This document shows positions 15,038-23,079 of a stretch of DNA of 64,000 nucleotides, piece after piece. Both the position numbers and the translations under genes were made by a program. Within the stretch, counting starts at the first letter, position 1. Each line of letters opens with the position of its first letter. The notes beneath the pieces are model-generated. The model was not told the DNA's origin and did no database searches. It saw only the letters and a program-made list of their open reading frames with translations. This stretch comes from a virus (lineage: Duplodnaviria; Heunggongvirae; Uroviricota; Caudoviricetes), in IMG/VR virus record IMGVR_UViG_3300021255_000031, one strand, 5' to 3'.

Positions 15038-15153
15038 ATTATATCATATAGGGTTAGTTTTGTCAATAGAAAATCAAATTAAAATTTGTTAATTTTATAT
15101 TAAAAACAAAAATGAAATTGCAAGAGTTGATAAGTTGGATGTTTAACATCCAA
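15038..15153 (-). promoter_or_regulatory. promoter (TGATATAAT 15038-15043; TTGACA 15061-15066) + palindrome 15135-15153 (unusually 68 nt beyond -35, AT-rich spacer)
   Basis: drives 14745..15005. Confidence 0.65.
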
Positions 15154-15169
15154 AACAATAAGAGTGGTA

Positions 15170-15463
15170 TTACCACCCTAATGTTATGCGTGTTGATTGA
15201 TATTGCATAGTATAGCCTGCGTTTCGTACAATCTTTGTGAGTTCGTCTATAAAGCATCTGGAAGCAAATTGCCCTAAGTCTGTGTTATCAAATGGCGGTA
15301 AATTGCGCCCTATGGACTGACGGCCTTTTTTACTTGCTTCTTCTATTGCTTTATTAAGTTCGGCAATGTAGTTTGGAATCTCTGTATGTAAAATACATTT
15401 GCGGACGTTGTTATAAAGTTCCGAGACATTCGCGCGGGCAACTTCGGCGTTCATAAGTTCCAT
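15170..15463 (-). CDS. hypothetical protein
   Basis: 97 aa; promoter+palindrome 15494-15573. Confidence 0.6.
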   Translation of the reverse strand: MELMNAEVARANVSELYNNVRKCILHTEIPNYIAELNKAIEEASKKGRQSIGRNLPPFDNTDLGQFASRCFIDELTKIVRNAGYTMQYQSTRITLGW

Positions 15464-15493
15464 AAGTTTTCCTCTCTTTCATTTGATGATATA

Positions 15494-15573
15494 ATTATAT
15501 CATATAGGATATAATAAGTCAAGTTAAGATTATGTTAAACAGTCATGCGCTATATTGGATGTTTAACATCCAA
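15494..15573 (-). promoter_or_regulatory. promoter (TGATATAAT 15494-15499; TTGACT 15517-15522) + palindrome 15555-15573
   Basis: drives 15170..15463. Confidence 0.65.
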
Positions 15574-15588
15574 CTCTTATCGCCCCAG

Positions 15589-15840
15589 TTATACTGGGAC
15601 GACGATGCGCGGAATTTTTCCGCGAAAGTCGCGTTCTTCCTGCAAGCGCTGTATTGCAACTTTGTAAAATTCATTGAATTTTTTCATTGTTGCGGGATAC
15701 TCTACAACGCGCCCGCCGTTGTGCGTATATATTTTTAATGGGCGCACATTGAAAACTAACATGCAAACAGTTTCAAAGGTGCTGATTGCAATAGCAAGGT
15801 CGCGCGTGTTGCCGTAGAACTTGATGTAGTAGTTTTTCAT
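15589..15840 (-). CDS. hypothetical protein
   Basis: 83 aa; GGAGGGG SD; promoter+palindrome 15871-15958. Confidence 0.55.
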   Translation of the reverse strand: MKNYYIKFYGNTRDLAIAISTFETVCMLVFNVRPLKIYTHNGGRVVEYPATMKKFNEFYKVAIQRLQEERDFRGKIPRIVVPV

Positions 15841-15870
15841 GGGATAACCCCTCCTTCATTTGATGATATA

Positions 15871-15958
15871 ATTATATCATAGTGTCGGAATAAAAGCAAG
15901 AGTTTTTTATGTTAAGTTTTGAAGAAAAGGCACAAAAAGTTGGATGTTTAACATCCAA
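15871..15958 (-). promoter_or_regulatory. promoter (TGATATAAT 15871-15876; weak -35 TTGCTT 15894-15899) + palindrome 15940-15958
   Basis: drives 15589..15840. Confidence 0.55.
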
Positions 15959-15972
15959 AATATAAGTAAAAA

Positions 15973-15986
15973 GGCGCGTATGCGCC
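15973..15986 (-). terminator. hairpin GGCGC-AUAC-GCGCC + U-run
   Basis: after 15993..16217. Confidence 0.5.
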
Positions 15987-15992
15987 ACTCTG

Positions 15993-16217
15993 TTAAGTTT
16001 CAATGTAGTATGCGGGATAACGCCCAGTCTCATTACTACAATTGTAGTATTGAAATGCATTTACAATTTTATCAAAGTCGTGTTCTAAATCTGCATAACA
16101 TTCACTATTCAAACGAATGCCAGTTTCGGGACGCATGTTACATGCTGTTATCCAAACGGGTTGATTAGCATTGAATGCCTTGCGTGCGCGAGACTTATTA
16201 ACTTTTTGAAGCGTCAT
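15993..16217 (-). CDS. hypothetical protein
   Basis: start MTLQKV after AAAGGAGAA SD; promoter+palindrome 16249-16330. Confidence 0.6.
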   Translation of the reverse strand: MTLQKVNKSRARKAFNANQPVWITACNMRPETGIRLNSECYADLEHDFDKIVNAFQYYNCSNETGRYPAYYIET

Positions 16218-16248
16218 GATTTTGTTCTCCTTTGCTTTTGATAGTCCT

Positions 16249-16330
16249 ATTATATCATATACATATATATTTGTCAAGTGCATTAACGCATATTTAACAT
16301 AGCAATATAAGTTGGATGTTTAACATCCAA
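16249..16330 (-). promoter_or_regulatory. promoter (TGATATAAT 16249-16254; TTGACA 16272-16277) + palindrome 16312-16330
   Basis: drives 15993..16217. Confidence 0.7.
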
Positions 16331-16356
16331 AAAAGTTTAGGACGTTTTCACGTCCT
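16331..16356 (-). terminator. terminator AGGACG-UGAAAA-CGUCCU + AAACUUUUUU
   Basis: after 16348..16617. Confidence 0.6.
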
Positions 16357-16617
16357 ATAGATTTTGCCATCTACTACATAGCACACCGACTCGCAACCAT
16401 CATAATCAATAATAATGTGGTCTGTTGCTTCGTCTGGTATTTCTACCACTGCCAGCTTCGCAGCCCAGCCACTTGTTTCGTATGCGTTATCTTCTACCAT
16501 GTGAATCAAGCGCTCGTCGTATCTGTCTGCGCCGTATATGCTATCCAGTCCTAATGCTTCGCAAGCTTCATCGCTCACGCTGAACCCACCAAAGCACCTA
16601 TTTACTACAATCTTCAT
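16348..16617 (-). CDS. hypothetical protein
   Basis: 89 aa; GAGAGGAGATAA SD; promoter 16649-16677; terminator 16339-16356. Confidence 0.6.
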   Translation of the reverse strand: MKIVVNRCFGGFSVSDEACEALGLDSIYGADRYDERLIHMVEDNAYETSGWAAKLAVVEIPDEATDHIIIDYDGCESVCYVVDGKIYRT

Positions 16618-16648
16618 AGCTGTTTATCTCCTCTCTTTTGATGGTATC

Positions 16649-16677
16649 ATTATATCACTATCTATATAAATAGTCAA
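16649..16677 (-). promoter_or_regulatory. promoter for 16348..16617 (TGATATAAT 16649-16654; TTGACT 16672-16677)
   Basis: 17-nt spacer. Confidence 0.65.
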
Positions 16678-16772
16678 GTTAATTGTTGGTTAAGTTAGAT
16701 ATTAAGTATTCAAAAAATCAACAATGAGGTTTATTCCTTATTGTGCGCTTGCGCTTGCGACTTTTACCTATT

Positions 16773-16861
16773 ATTATATACCCATTAAGTTGTAAAGTCA
16801 ATAGAATTTACAAAGATTTAACATTGCTTCTGCGTTAGAAAATTGGATGTGTAACATCCAA
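16773..16861 (-). promoter_or_regulatory. orphan promoter (TATAAT 16773-16778; TTGACT 16796-16801) + palindrome variant TTGGATGTGTAACATCCAA 16843-16861
   Basis: about 80-nt transcribed spacer with AU-rich hairpin + U-run (16726-16760) before next promoter. Confidence 0.55.
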
Positions 16862-16868
16862 ATCCTAA

Positions 16869-16888
16869 AAGGACGCTTGCGCGTCCTT
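16869..16888 (-). terminator. hairpin AAGGACGC-GCAA-GCGUCCUU + UUAGGAUUU
   Basis: overlaps stop of 16883..17039. Confidence 0.55.
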
Positions 16889-17039
16889 AACCGTAAATTT
16901 TGTTAAGCGCGCCGCCTTGGCGCTTAATGTAATTGCGTGCCGCTGTTTCTGATTTGAAACTTGCTTTTTTCTCGCTGCCGCCGCACCCGTCTTGCTTCCA
17001 GACCTCAAAAACTTTGCCAATGTGGAAAATGTCGTACAT
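16883..17039 (-). CDS. small basic protein (50 aa, MYDIFHIGKVFEVWKQDGCGG...)
   Basis: ATG with AGGAGG SD 10 nt upstream; replaces table ORF 16865..17047, which starts at a TTG touching the SD in another frame; promoter 17072-17100. Confidence 0.5.
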
Positions 17040-17071
17040 AGTAGCAACCTCCTTGCTTTTTATGGTTATAT

Positions 17072-17100
17072 TATACTCGTTCCAGCTTGCAAATGCAAGT
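17072..17100 (-). promoter_or_regulatory. promoter for 16883..17039 (TATAAT 17072-17077; -35 TTGCAT 17095-17100)
   Basis: 17-nt spacer; last (most upstream) promoter of the leftward array. Confidence 0.55.
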
Positions 17101-17121
17101 TAATTTTGTGTTAATTTCTCC

Positions 17122-17162
17122 AGCTTCCAGCTTGCTTCCAGCTTCCAGCTTCCAGCTTGCTA
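17122..17162. repeat. tandem heptamer repeat (CCAGCTT)x5 with GCTT/GC punctuation
   Basis: tccagcttccagcttgcttccagcttccagcttccagcttgc; just upstream of last leftward promoter. Confidence 0.8.
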
Positions 17163-17199
17163 CATATATATAGTGCCCTAATGAGCGTGTTGGTTGCTG

Positions 17200-17440
17200 C
17201 GCGTAGTCTGCCCTGGCGGATAATTTTGACCACCGCCTGGCGTTAAGATTTTCGGTAGTTTTCGTTAAGATTGCGTTAATTAAGATTTCGCTCGCTTTTC
17301 GTAAAGTTCTGGTTAAGCCGAGAATTGTAAAGTTTTCGCGATTTTTTCGTAAAGTCGGCCTTAACCAAAATTTTACCAAACTTGCGCTAAACTGTAAAGT
17401 GTTAAATTTATGCGTCATTTTTTTACAGTTCCCCTTTCCT
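17200..17440. repeat. AT-rich iteron-like region: CGTTAAGATT x3, CGTAAAGT x3, TGTAAAGT x2, CCTGGCG x2
   Basis: non-coding; resembles degenerate -35 contexts (CTTAAC) and/or origin iterons. Confidence 0.5.
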
Positions 17441-17521
17441 GTTAGCACTCGTCAAATAAGAGTGCTAAACACTCAAACAATAAAAGCATAGCATATTTTA
17501 CTATTGTTTGCAATAGGTGAA

Positions 17522-17530
17522 GTTGGATGT
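17522..17530. promoter_or_regulatory. isolated half-site TTGGATGTA of the 19-bp palindrome
   Basis: only one arm present, in the non-coding divergent region. Confidence 0.3.
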
Positions 17531-17607
17531 AATAATTAGATTGTACTATTCATTATTTGATATTTATAATATACAATAAAAAAATATAGTATATTCTAAA
17601 AAAACTA

Positions 17608-17636
17608 TTGCATTTATAACTCTTAAGTAGTATTAT
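17608..17636 (+). promoter_or_regulatory. candidate promoter for 17707..18489 (TTGCAT 17608-17613; N17; TATTAT 17631-17636)
   Basis: sigma70-like spacing; leader contains perfect palindrome GTACTTTTAGAAAGTAC 17673-17689. Confidence 0.4.
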
Positions 17637-17706
17637 ATTAGTGGGCGCTGAAAAGGTGCTACAATAAAAATTGTACTTTTAGAAAGTACAGGAAAGCAGG
17701 TAGAAT

Positions 17707-18489
17707 ATGACACACAATAAGAGCTTGACCGCAACACAGCACAGAACGATCGACGCACACCTCCGTTTAATCGATCCGAAAATGATTGACAGTGCAAAGT
17801 CTGTCAATTGCTTTGCTAATGTAGCAATTACAAGTTTAATTGCAACATATCCCACGTTATTCAATGAACATGATAGACCGCTTTATCTTGCTTATACTGA
17901 GTCGCAATTGTTGCAAATTGCTTTTAAGGCAGGATATATCAATCTATATGATTATATTCAACTTTACGCACAGCATAAGCAAGCGCAATATAATGAACGG
18001 AACGACTTTGGCGCCTTTGGCGATTTGTTAGAAGTGCTCGCACGTATTGCTATAATCGGCAATTTGAATCTAATCAAAGCGCAACACTTGAATGTAAAAG
18101 CACTATTTAAGAATGATATTATAAGCAAGCGCTATGGAATTATAGAAGTTGCGCACAATGGCAAGACATGGAATTCTGGCACGGCCTTAAATCCTATTGA
18201 AGGCGATTATACAAGCGTTATTTATGGAGTATTTGACGCATACACACAAAATCAAGTGTTTAACGCTTGCATTAATCGCAATATCAAGCAAGCAATTGCG
18301 ATTGTTCGCGCTTATTGCGTTTACTGGCACGATAAAAAAGACTTTTTGAATGATATGGAAAGCTTAACCCGAGGAAAGTTTTTTACTATCAAAAGTTGCA
18401 AAGTTATGAACCAGTACAATCAATCAAAGCATAATGCTTTTATAAGAGCGATTGAAAACGGAACGTTTGCAACACTTGAAACAAAATAA
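17707..18489 (+). CDS. hypothetical protein (first gene of rightward block)
   Basis: 260-aa ORF; candidate promoter 17608-17636; terminator 18505-18532. Confidence 0.55.
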   Translation: MTHNKSLTATQHRTIDAHLRLIDPKMIDSAKSVNCFANVAITSLIATYPTLFNEHDRPLYLAYTESQLLQIAFKAGYINLYDYIQLYAQHKQAQYNERNDFGAFGDLLEVLARIAIIGNLNLIKAQHLNVKALFKNDIISKRYGIIEVAHNGKTWNSGTALNPIEGDYTSVIYGVFDAYTQNQVFNACINRNIKQAIAIVRAYCVYWHDKKDFLNDMESLTRGKFFTIKSCKVMNQYNQSKHNAFIRAIENGTFATLETK

Positions 18490-18504
18490 AATTCACAACA
18501 TAAA

Positions 18505-18532
18505 GCGCTTGCAAATTGCAAGCGCCTTTTTT
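18505..18532 (+). terminator. intrinsic terminator GCGCUUGCAA-A-UUGCAAGCGC + U6
   Basis: after 17707..18489. Confidence 0.75.
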
Positions 18533-18555
18533 CATGAAAGCACTTTAACGCTTTA

Positions 18556-18636
18556 CCGTGTGAAAGCGGGGCCGTAGTTTGAGGCGCAGACGACAGTTGT
18601 CATCTGGCGCACCCCGGCCCTGCTCCTTTCCCACCA
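18556..18636 (+). other. GC-rich (about 60%) imperfect long hairpin between terminator and packaging-operon promoter
   Basis: GCGGGGCCG...GGCGCAGACGACAG-UUGUCAUCUGGCGC...CCGGCCCUGC; flanks are below 35% GC. Confidence 0.4.
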
Positions 18637-18661
18637 ACTTTTTTTATTTTAACCCAAACAC

Positions 18662-18690
18662 TTGACTTTTTTCAATTTATATGTTATAAT
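18662..18690 (+). promoter_or_regulatory. sigma70 consensus promoter for packaging/structural operon (TTGACT 18662-18667; N17; TGTTATAAT 18682-18690)
   Basis: sits about 55 nt upstream of GGAGG SD of 18747 gene. Confidence 0.65.
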
Positions 18691-18746
18691 ATAATCGGTC
18701 AGAGTATGAAAATACTCACTCCAAAATCACTATGGAGGTTTCCAAA

Positions 18747-20036
18747 ATGAAAAAACCCTATACACTTGACTACTCAATTGAACGAGATACTGACCGCCTC
18801 AAGGCAGTCGAAGATATATTAGATAAACTAGATAAAAATCCCTCCCCCGCCGAATTAGAACAAATGGGTTCTTATATACTATATGGCAAAGACGAAAATG
18901 GCAAAAACGCCTACCAACGCGGAGAAATGATAAGAGATGCCCGCTATAATTCTTATAAAACCAAAGAAGATAAAAATGTATCACTTGATGCAATTTTAGA
19001 AAATCCACTATCTGACCAGCAGCAATTTCGTGAGATGGGCACAAGAGACCCATACCTACTTCCACGTCGTGTCCCGCGCCGCCCCAAATACGATAAAAAA
19101 ACAAATACAATAATTGATGACGGGGACGGTGATATTCCAGGAATGCAAGAATTATGGGAGTGCATTGACCGTAACGAGCACTGGATAGCCGTTCTTGAAG
19201 GCAAGATACCGGCGCAGCCCGAAGACACACTATTTGATAATCCCTATCGTCTATATAAACTAAAACATTCACTAATTGATTTGCGGCGGCACCAATATTA
19301 TTTATTAGATGCCTACAAACCTTGTATCCACTTCCTCGCGGCCGACCACCCCAAACGCCAATACATAGATTGGAACAGCGACTCCTTCTACTGGATTTCG
19401 CGTGAAGAGTGGGAAAGGCGCGTTAATAGCACTTTTTTCCCTGTTTCAAAAAATATTGAAGATTATGAAGTGAGAAATGAAGGAAAAGAAGTAAAGTGGG
19501 TGGTGCGCCAGCACACCTTCAATTGGGAAGACCCAAATCATATTTATGCATTAATTTGTAACTATCAAAGTTTATATAATCTTTTATGGGACAAATTAGG
19601 CACGGACGGTCATACTTTACTTATGGATTTTCAACGCTACCGCCAATTAACAAATTTTTCTGAATTACGCAACTTTATCTTACAAATGAAATTGGAACAA
19701 TATTCACAAGCTGAGATTAAATTTGCCGTTCAAAAAAAATATGGATTAAAATTTGGCATTAGTCATTTATATACTGTTATAAGTAAAGAAATCCCAGAGG
19801 CCATCGCGCAAACGGTAATTAAAGATAGAATGTTGAGGCAGACCCCCAAAACCCAATGTCAAAAATGCCGTGATTGCGGCCGTTGGCTTCCAAAAAATAA
19901 TTACTTTTATGTCACTAATAATAATCGCGCAAGTGGATTTTCCGCTCGTTGTAAAGAATGCGAGCGACAGGCGCGTATTGCAAAAGGAGAACAAGGGCAA
20001 TATGACAGAAGAAAAAAAGAAACGCACGTGCATTAG
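18747..20036 (+). CDS. hypothetical protein with C-terminal CxxC...CxxC zinc ribbon
   Basis: start MKKPYT after GGAGG SD; consensus promoter 18662-18690 upstream. Confidence 0.6.
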   Translation: MKKPYTLDYSIERDTDRLKAVEDILDKLDKNPSPAELEQMGSYILYGKDENGKNAYQRGEMIRDARYNSYKTKEDKNVSLDAILENPLSDQQQFREMGTRDPYLLPRRVPRRPKYDKKTNTIIDDGDGDIPGMQELWECIDRNEHWIAVLEGKIPAQPEDTLFDNPYRLYKLKHSLIDLRRHQYYLLDAYKPCIHFLAADHPKRQYIDWNSDSFYWISREEWERRVNSTFFPVSKNIEDYEVRNEGKEVKWVVRQHTFNWEDPNHIYALICNYQSLYNLLWDKLGTDGHTLLMDFQRYRQLTNFSELRNFILQMKLEQYSQAEIKFAVQKKYGLKFGISHLYTVISKEIPEAIAQTVIKDRMLRQTPKTQCQKCRDCGRWLPKNNYFYVTNNNRASGFSARCKECERQARIAKGEQGQYDRRKKETHVH

Positions 20037-20934
20037 GTGCAAAAAGGAAAAAACGGAAGATAATTTCCAATATACGCCTTCACAATTTTTCCCATCGCAT
20101 CGTTGTTACATCTGCACCTCATGCTTGGAAATAATGGTGCCACAAGACAATTTAGGCGAGGTTGATAGATTGTGCCGTTGGCTCGACGTGCCTTTTGATT
20201 TAAATAAATGGACGCAACTTTATGCTATACATAAAGACCATACTTTAACCGCATATTTTAATACATTATTAGACGAACATTATCAATCACTTCAATGGGC
20301 TGACGAAAATGAAAGATGGCGTCTCGCGCGCGATGAAGGAACCATTGATGAAGAAATTGATACATTAAATAGCGCGAAATTGCGTCGATTAAAAAAAGAA
20401 TGGTCGCCAGTTTATACGACCGAAGAATTACTTTTTCTCGATGATTATTATAATCAAATTTTGGCTACTCAAAATGTTTCTACGCCCATACTCAAGTCGC
20501 GGGCGCGCGACCTATGCGAACTTACCTTGCGCGCGAAAAAAGGCATACGCGACGGTTTGGATGTAAAAAAAGATATGGACGCGATAGAGAATATTATCAA
20601 GACCTGTAACTTCAATGCCTCTAATGCTAAAAACGCAGCAGACTTTGAGTCCGTTGGAGAATTAATGGTTTATTATGGTAAGAAGGGATGGCATCCAAAA
20701 TGGCATAATGAACCGCAAGATTCAATTGATTTTATGATGGAAAATATTCAGAACTATCTTAAACGAATGGTAATAAATGAAGGCAACTTTGCAGAACAGG
20801 TAGAAGATGCGCGGCAACGCTATAATATGACAGAACGACTAGAGGAAATAGAAAATGAAGCAGTTGAATTTGACGATACAGCTGGAATAGAATATGAAGG
20901 TGAAAAAGAATTAGAGGAGGATTTAAATGAATGA
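20002..20934 (+). CDS. putative terminase small subunit / DNA-binding protein with N-terminal zinc ribbon
   Basis: Sits directly upstream of and overlaps terL ATPase ORF; assignment by synteny only. Confidence 0.4.
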   Translation: MTEEKKKRTCIRCKKEKTEDNFQYTPSQFFPSHRCYICTSCLEIMVPQDNLGEVDRLCRWLDVPFDLNKWTQLYAIHKDHTLTAYFNTLLDEHYQSLQWADENERWRLARDEGTIDEEIDTLNSAKLRRLKKEWSPVYTTEELLFLDDYYNQILATQNVSTPILKSRARDLCELTLRAKKGIRDGLDVKKDMDAIENIIKTCNFNASNAKNAADFESVGELMVYYGKKGWHPKWHNEPQDSIDFMMENIQNYLKRMVINEGNFAEQVEDARQRYNMTERLEEIENEAVEFDDTAGIEYEGEKELEEDLNE

Positions 20935-21844
20935 AGAAAGAGCGATGGTTTTAAGAGACGGCATTCCTATTGAAAAGGGTGTAGTCTTAACTAAAGAATT
21001 TTTAGATTCTAATCAAGAGCTATTTACTAGTTATTTAAATTATTGGATATTAAATCCAGACCTATTCTTAGACGAAATTCAAGATTCAATTGACGCGAAA
21101 AATTTTCATTTACTTCCATTTCAACGCATAATGTTACGCGCTTGCATGCGCTATCGTTATATCTATCTCACTGCTACGCGTGCAACCTCAAAATCTTTTA
21201 CTGCCTATTTAGCGGCAGCAGTGCGCGCGGTTCTAATACCTAATTCTACTATAATGATTGTATCAGACCAAAAAGGCACAGTTATTAAAATCGCGCAAGC
21301 AAAGTTTGAAGAAATATTCCAGCATTGGCCTTTACTACGAAAAGAACTCGCTACCAGGGAAGATGATGGCAAAACTGGTTTAAAAAGTAGTAACAATTAT
21401 TATGATTTATATTTTAAAAATGGCAGTCACATTTCTGTTATCTCAAAAGATACCAGCCGTGGTTTGCGCGCGAACTATGCAATTTTAGAAGAGTGCGCCC
21501 TCATTGATGAAACGCCTTTCAATGAAGTAATTTGGCCGCAAATGAACGTTAAGCGGCGCGAAGTAGATGGGTCATTAAATCCAGATGAGCCCTCTAGTCC
21601 TCAAATTTTCATTACAACCGCGGCGGAACGCACCGTATTTATGTACTCTAAATTAATTGAGTGCGCGATAAATGCTGTTTTGCGCCCACGGGAAGCTTTT
21701 GTCTGGGGTATGTCTTATGAAGTGCCACTACATTACGGCCTTATTGATAAAGCAACTATATTAGACCAAAGATATTCCAATACTGTTAGCGAAGACTCAT
21801 TTGCACGTAGATTTTTGCGTGAATACATAGGGATATGTATTTAA
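20927..21844 (+). CDS. terminase large subunit, ATPase domain (separate ORF or exon 1)
   Basis: Deviant Walker A LTATRATSKSF, Walker B ILEECALIDE, terminase-like order; ends before HEG-like insertion. Confidence 0.7.
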   Translation: MNEERAMVLRDGIPIEKGVVLTKEFLDSNQELFTSYLNYWILNPDLFLDEIQDSIDAKNFHLLPFQRIMLRACMRYRYIYLTATRATSKSFTAYLAAAVRAVLIPNSTIMIVSDQKGTVIKIAQAKFEEIFQHWPLLRKELATREDDGKTGLKSSNNYYDLYFKNGSHISVISKDTSRGLRANYAILEECALIDETPFNEVIWPQMNVKRREVDGSLNPDEPSSPQIFITTAAERTVFMYSKLIECAINAVLRPREAFVWGMSYEVPLHYGLIDKATILDQRYSNTVSEDSFARRFLREYIGICI

Positions 21845-22008
21845 GTAGATATTTAAAAGCTGGAAACTCCTAAAGCCAAAATACTACAACTTATTACTCC
21901 AATATAAGTGAATGTGCGAAAGCGGAAAAAAGTTTTTGGATGATTGCATGGCGAGAGCCTAAACAATTACAAATGGACAATCAGCGACCAATTATGGAGG
22001 AATTAATT

Positions 22009-23019
22009 ATGGGAAGAAAATTGTTATATACAAAAGAAACCTATTATACTCATTTAATGGAATTATTACCTGATTCTAATTTTACTTTAGATGTTTATAC
22101 TGCTACTGAGAAACCTTGCGAAATTACTTGTAATATTTGTGGAAGTCATTATGTATTTACTCGTGCAGATAGAATTGCTCGTAGGGCGAAGCGAGGAAAT
22201 ACAAATGTATGCAAAAAATGCGAAAATAATTCATTTACAGAAAAACAACATGAAGCTCAAAAGAAAGCTGAATATATCTTACAAAAAAAAGAAACTATTC
22301 AATTAGTAGATGGATTAAAATCATGGGCTTCACAAGATGAAGCACGATGGAAATGCATTAAATGTAATCATACTTTTTTAAGAGCTCCAGTTGTGATGTT
22401 TGCATTAGGAATTACTAATTGTCCTTGGTGTGAATCTCGACCTGGTACTTATACAGAAGAAATGATTAAAGAACAAATTTACCGTTTATGGGGCGATGAA
22501 TATACTTTATTACAATCGGAAAATTTAAAAAAGAATAAAAATGGTTCTCGTAGAATTTTAGTTCAACATAATGCTTGTGGATTTAAATATGAAACTAGTC
22601 AATATAATTTTTGTCATGGACAAGGCTGCCCCAGATGTAAAAAAAGCCATGGCGAAAGAAAAATAATGAATTATTTGCAACAACATAATTTTGCATTTCA
22701 GCAGCAATACACAATTAATACCGGTAAGCATTTATTAAAATTAGATTTTTATTTAGAGGAGCAAGGAAAAAAATATGCCATAGAATATAATGGTATTCAA
22801 CATTATCAACCTATAGAATGGTTTGGTGGAAATGCTGGCTTTCAAGCTCAACAAGAACGAGATTTAGATAAAATAGAATATTGTAAAAATAATGATATAA
22901 ATTTAATTATAATTCCATATAATGATGAAAGTTTAATTAATTCAGAACAATTGGCTCAACGACTAAGTGGTCAAGTGACCGAAGAATATCCATCTAGAAC
23001 AGATGAAAATATAGTCTAA
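22009..23019 (+). CDS. homing-endonuclease-like protein: three CxxC..CxxC zinc fingers + C-terminal Vsr/DUF559-like restriction-endonuclease-fold domain
   Basis: start MGRKLL after GGAGG SD; CNICGSH..CKKCEN, CIKCNH..CPWCES, CHGQGCPRCKK; LDFYLEEQGKKYAIEYNGIQHY resembles DUF559/Vsr motif; lies between the two TerL domains. Confidence 0.6.
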   Translation: MGRKLLYTKETYYTHLMELLPDSNFTLDVYTATEKPCEITCNICGSHYVFTRADRIARRAKRGNTNVCKKCENNSFTEKQHEAQKKAEYILQKKETIQLVDGLKSWASQDEARWKCIKCNHTFLRAPVVMFALGITNCPWCESRPGTYTEEMIKEQIYRLWGDEYTLLQSENLKKNKNGSRRILVQHNACGFKYETSQYNFCHGQGCPRCKKSHGERKIMNYLQQHNFAFQQQYTINTGKHLLKLDFYLEEQGKKYAIEYNGIQHYQPIEWFGGNAGFQAQQERDLDKIEYCKNNDINLIIIPYNDESLINSEQLAQRLSGQVTEEYPSRTDENIV

Positions 23020-23079
23020 TCTTATATGAAAATATAAGCCATATGGTATAAAATTTCACGAATTTTATATAAATAAATT

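Noticed and set aside
16865-17047. Table ORF with TTG start
   Set aside because: The TTG sits directly on the AGGAGG SD. The +1-frame ATG ORF 16883..17039 has correct SD spacing.
392-17100. CRISPR array, suggested by the regularly recurring palindromic repeat
   Set aside because: Repeat spacing is 300-1500 bp with full genes, promoters and terminators between copies. There are no short uniform spacers and no cas genes.
17071-17448. 125-aa minus-strand ORF spanning the CCAGCTT repeats (KLEAGSKLEAGE...)
   Set aside because: It is the translation of tandem repeats and iterons in a non-coding control region, with no SD.
18747-20934. Similar zinc-ribbon motifs at the C-terminus of 18747..20036 and the N-terminus of 20002..20934, as a possible single split or frameshifted gene
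   Set aside because: The two motifs are encoded by different DNA, not by the overlap. No frame fusion is apparent, so they are kept as separate genes.
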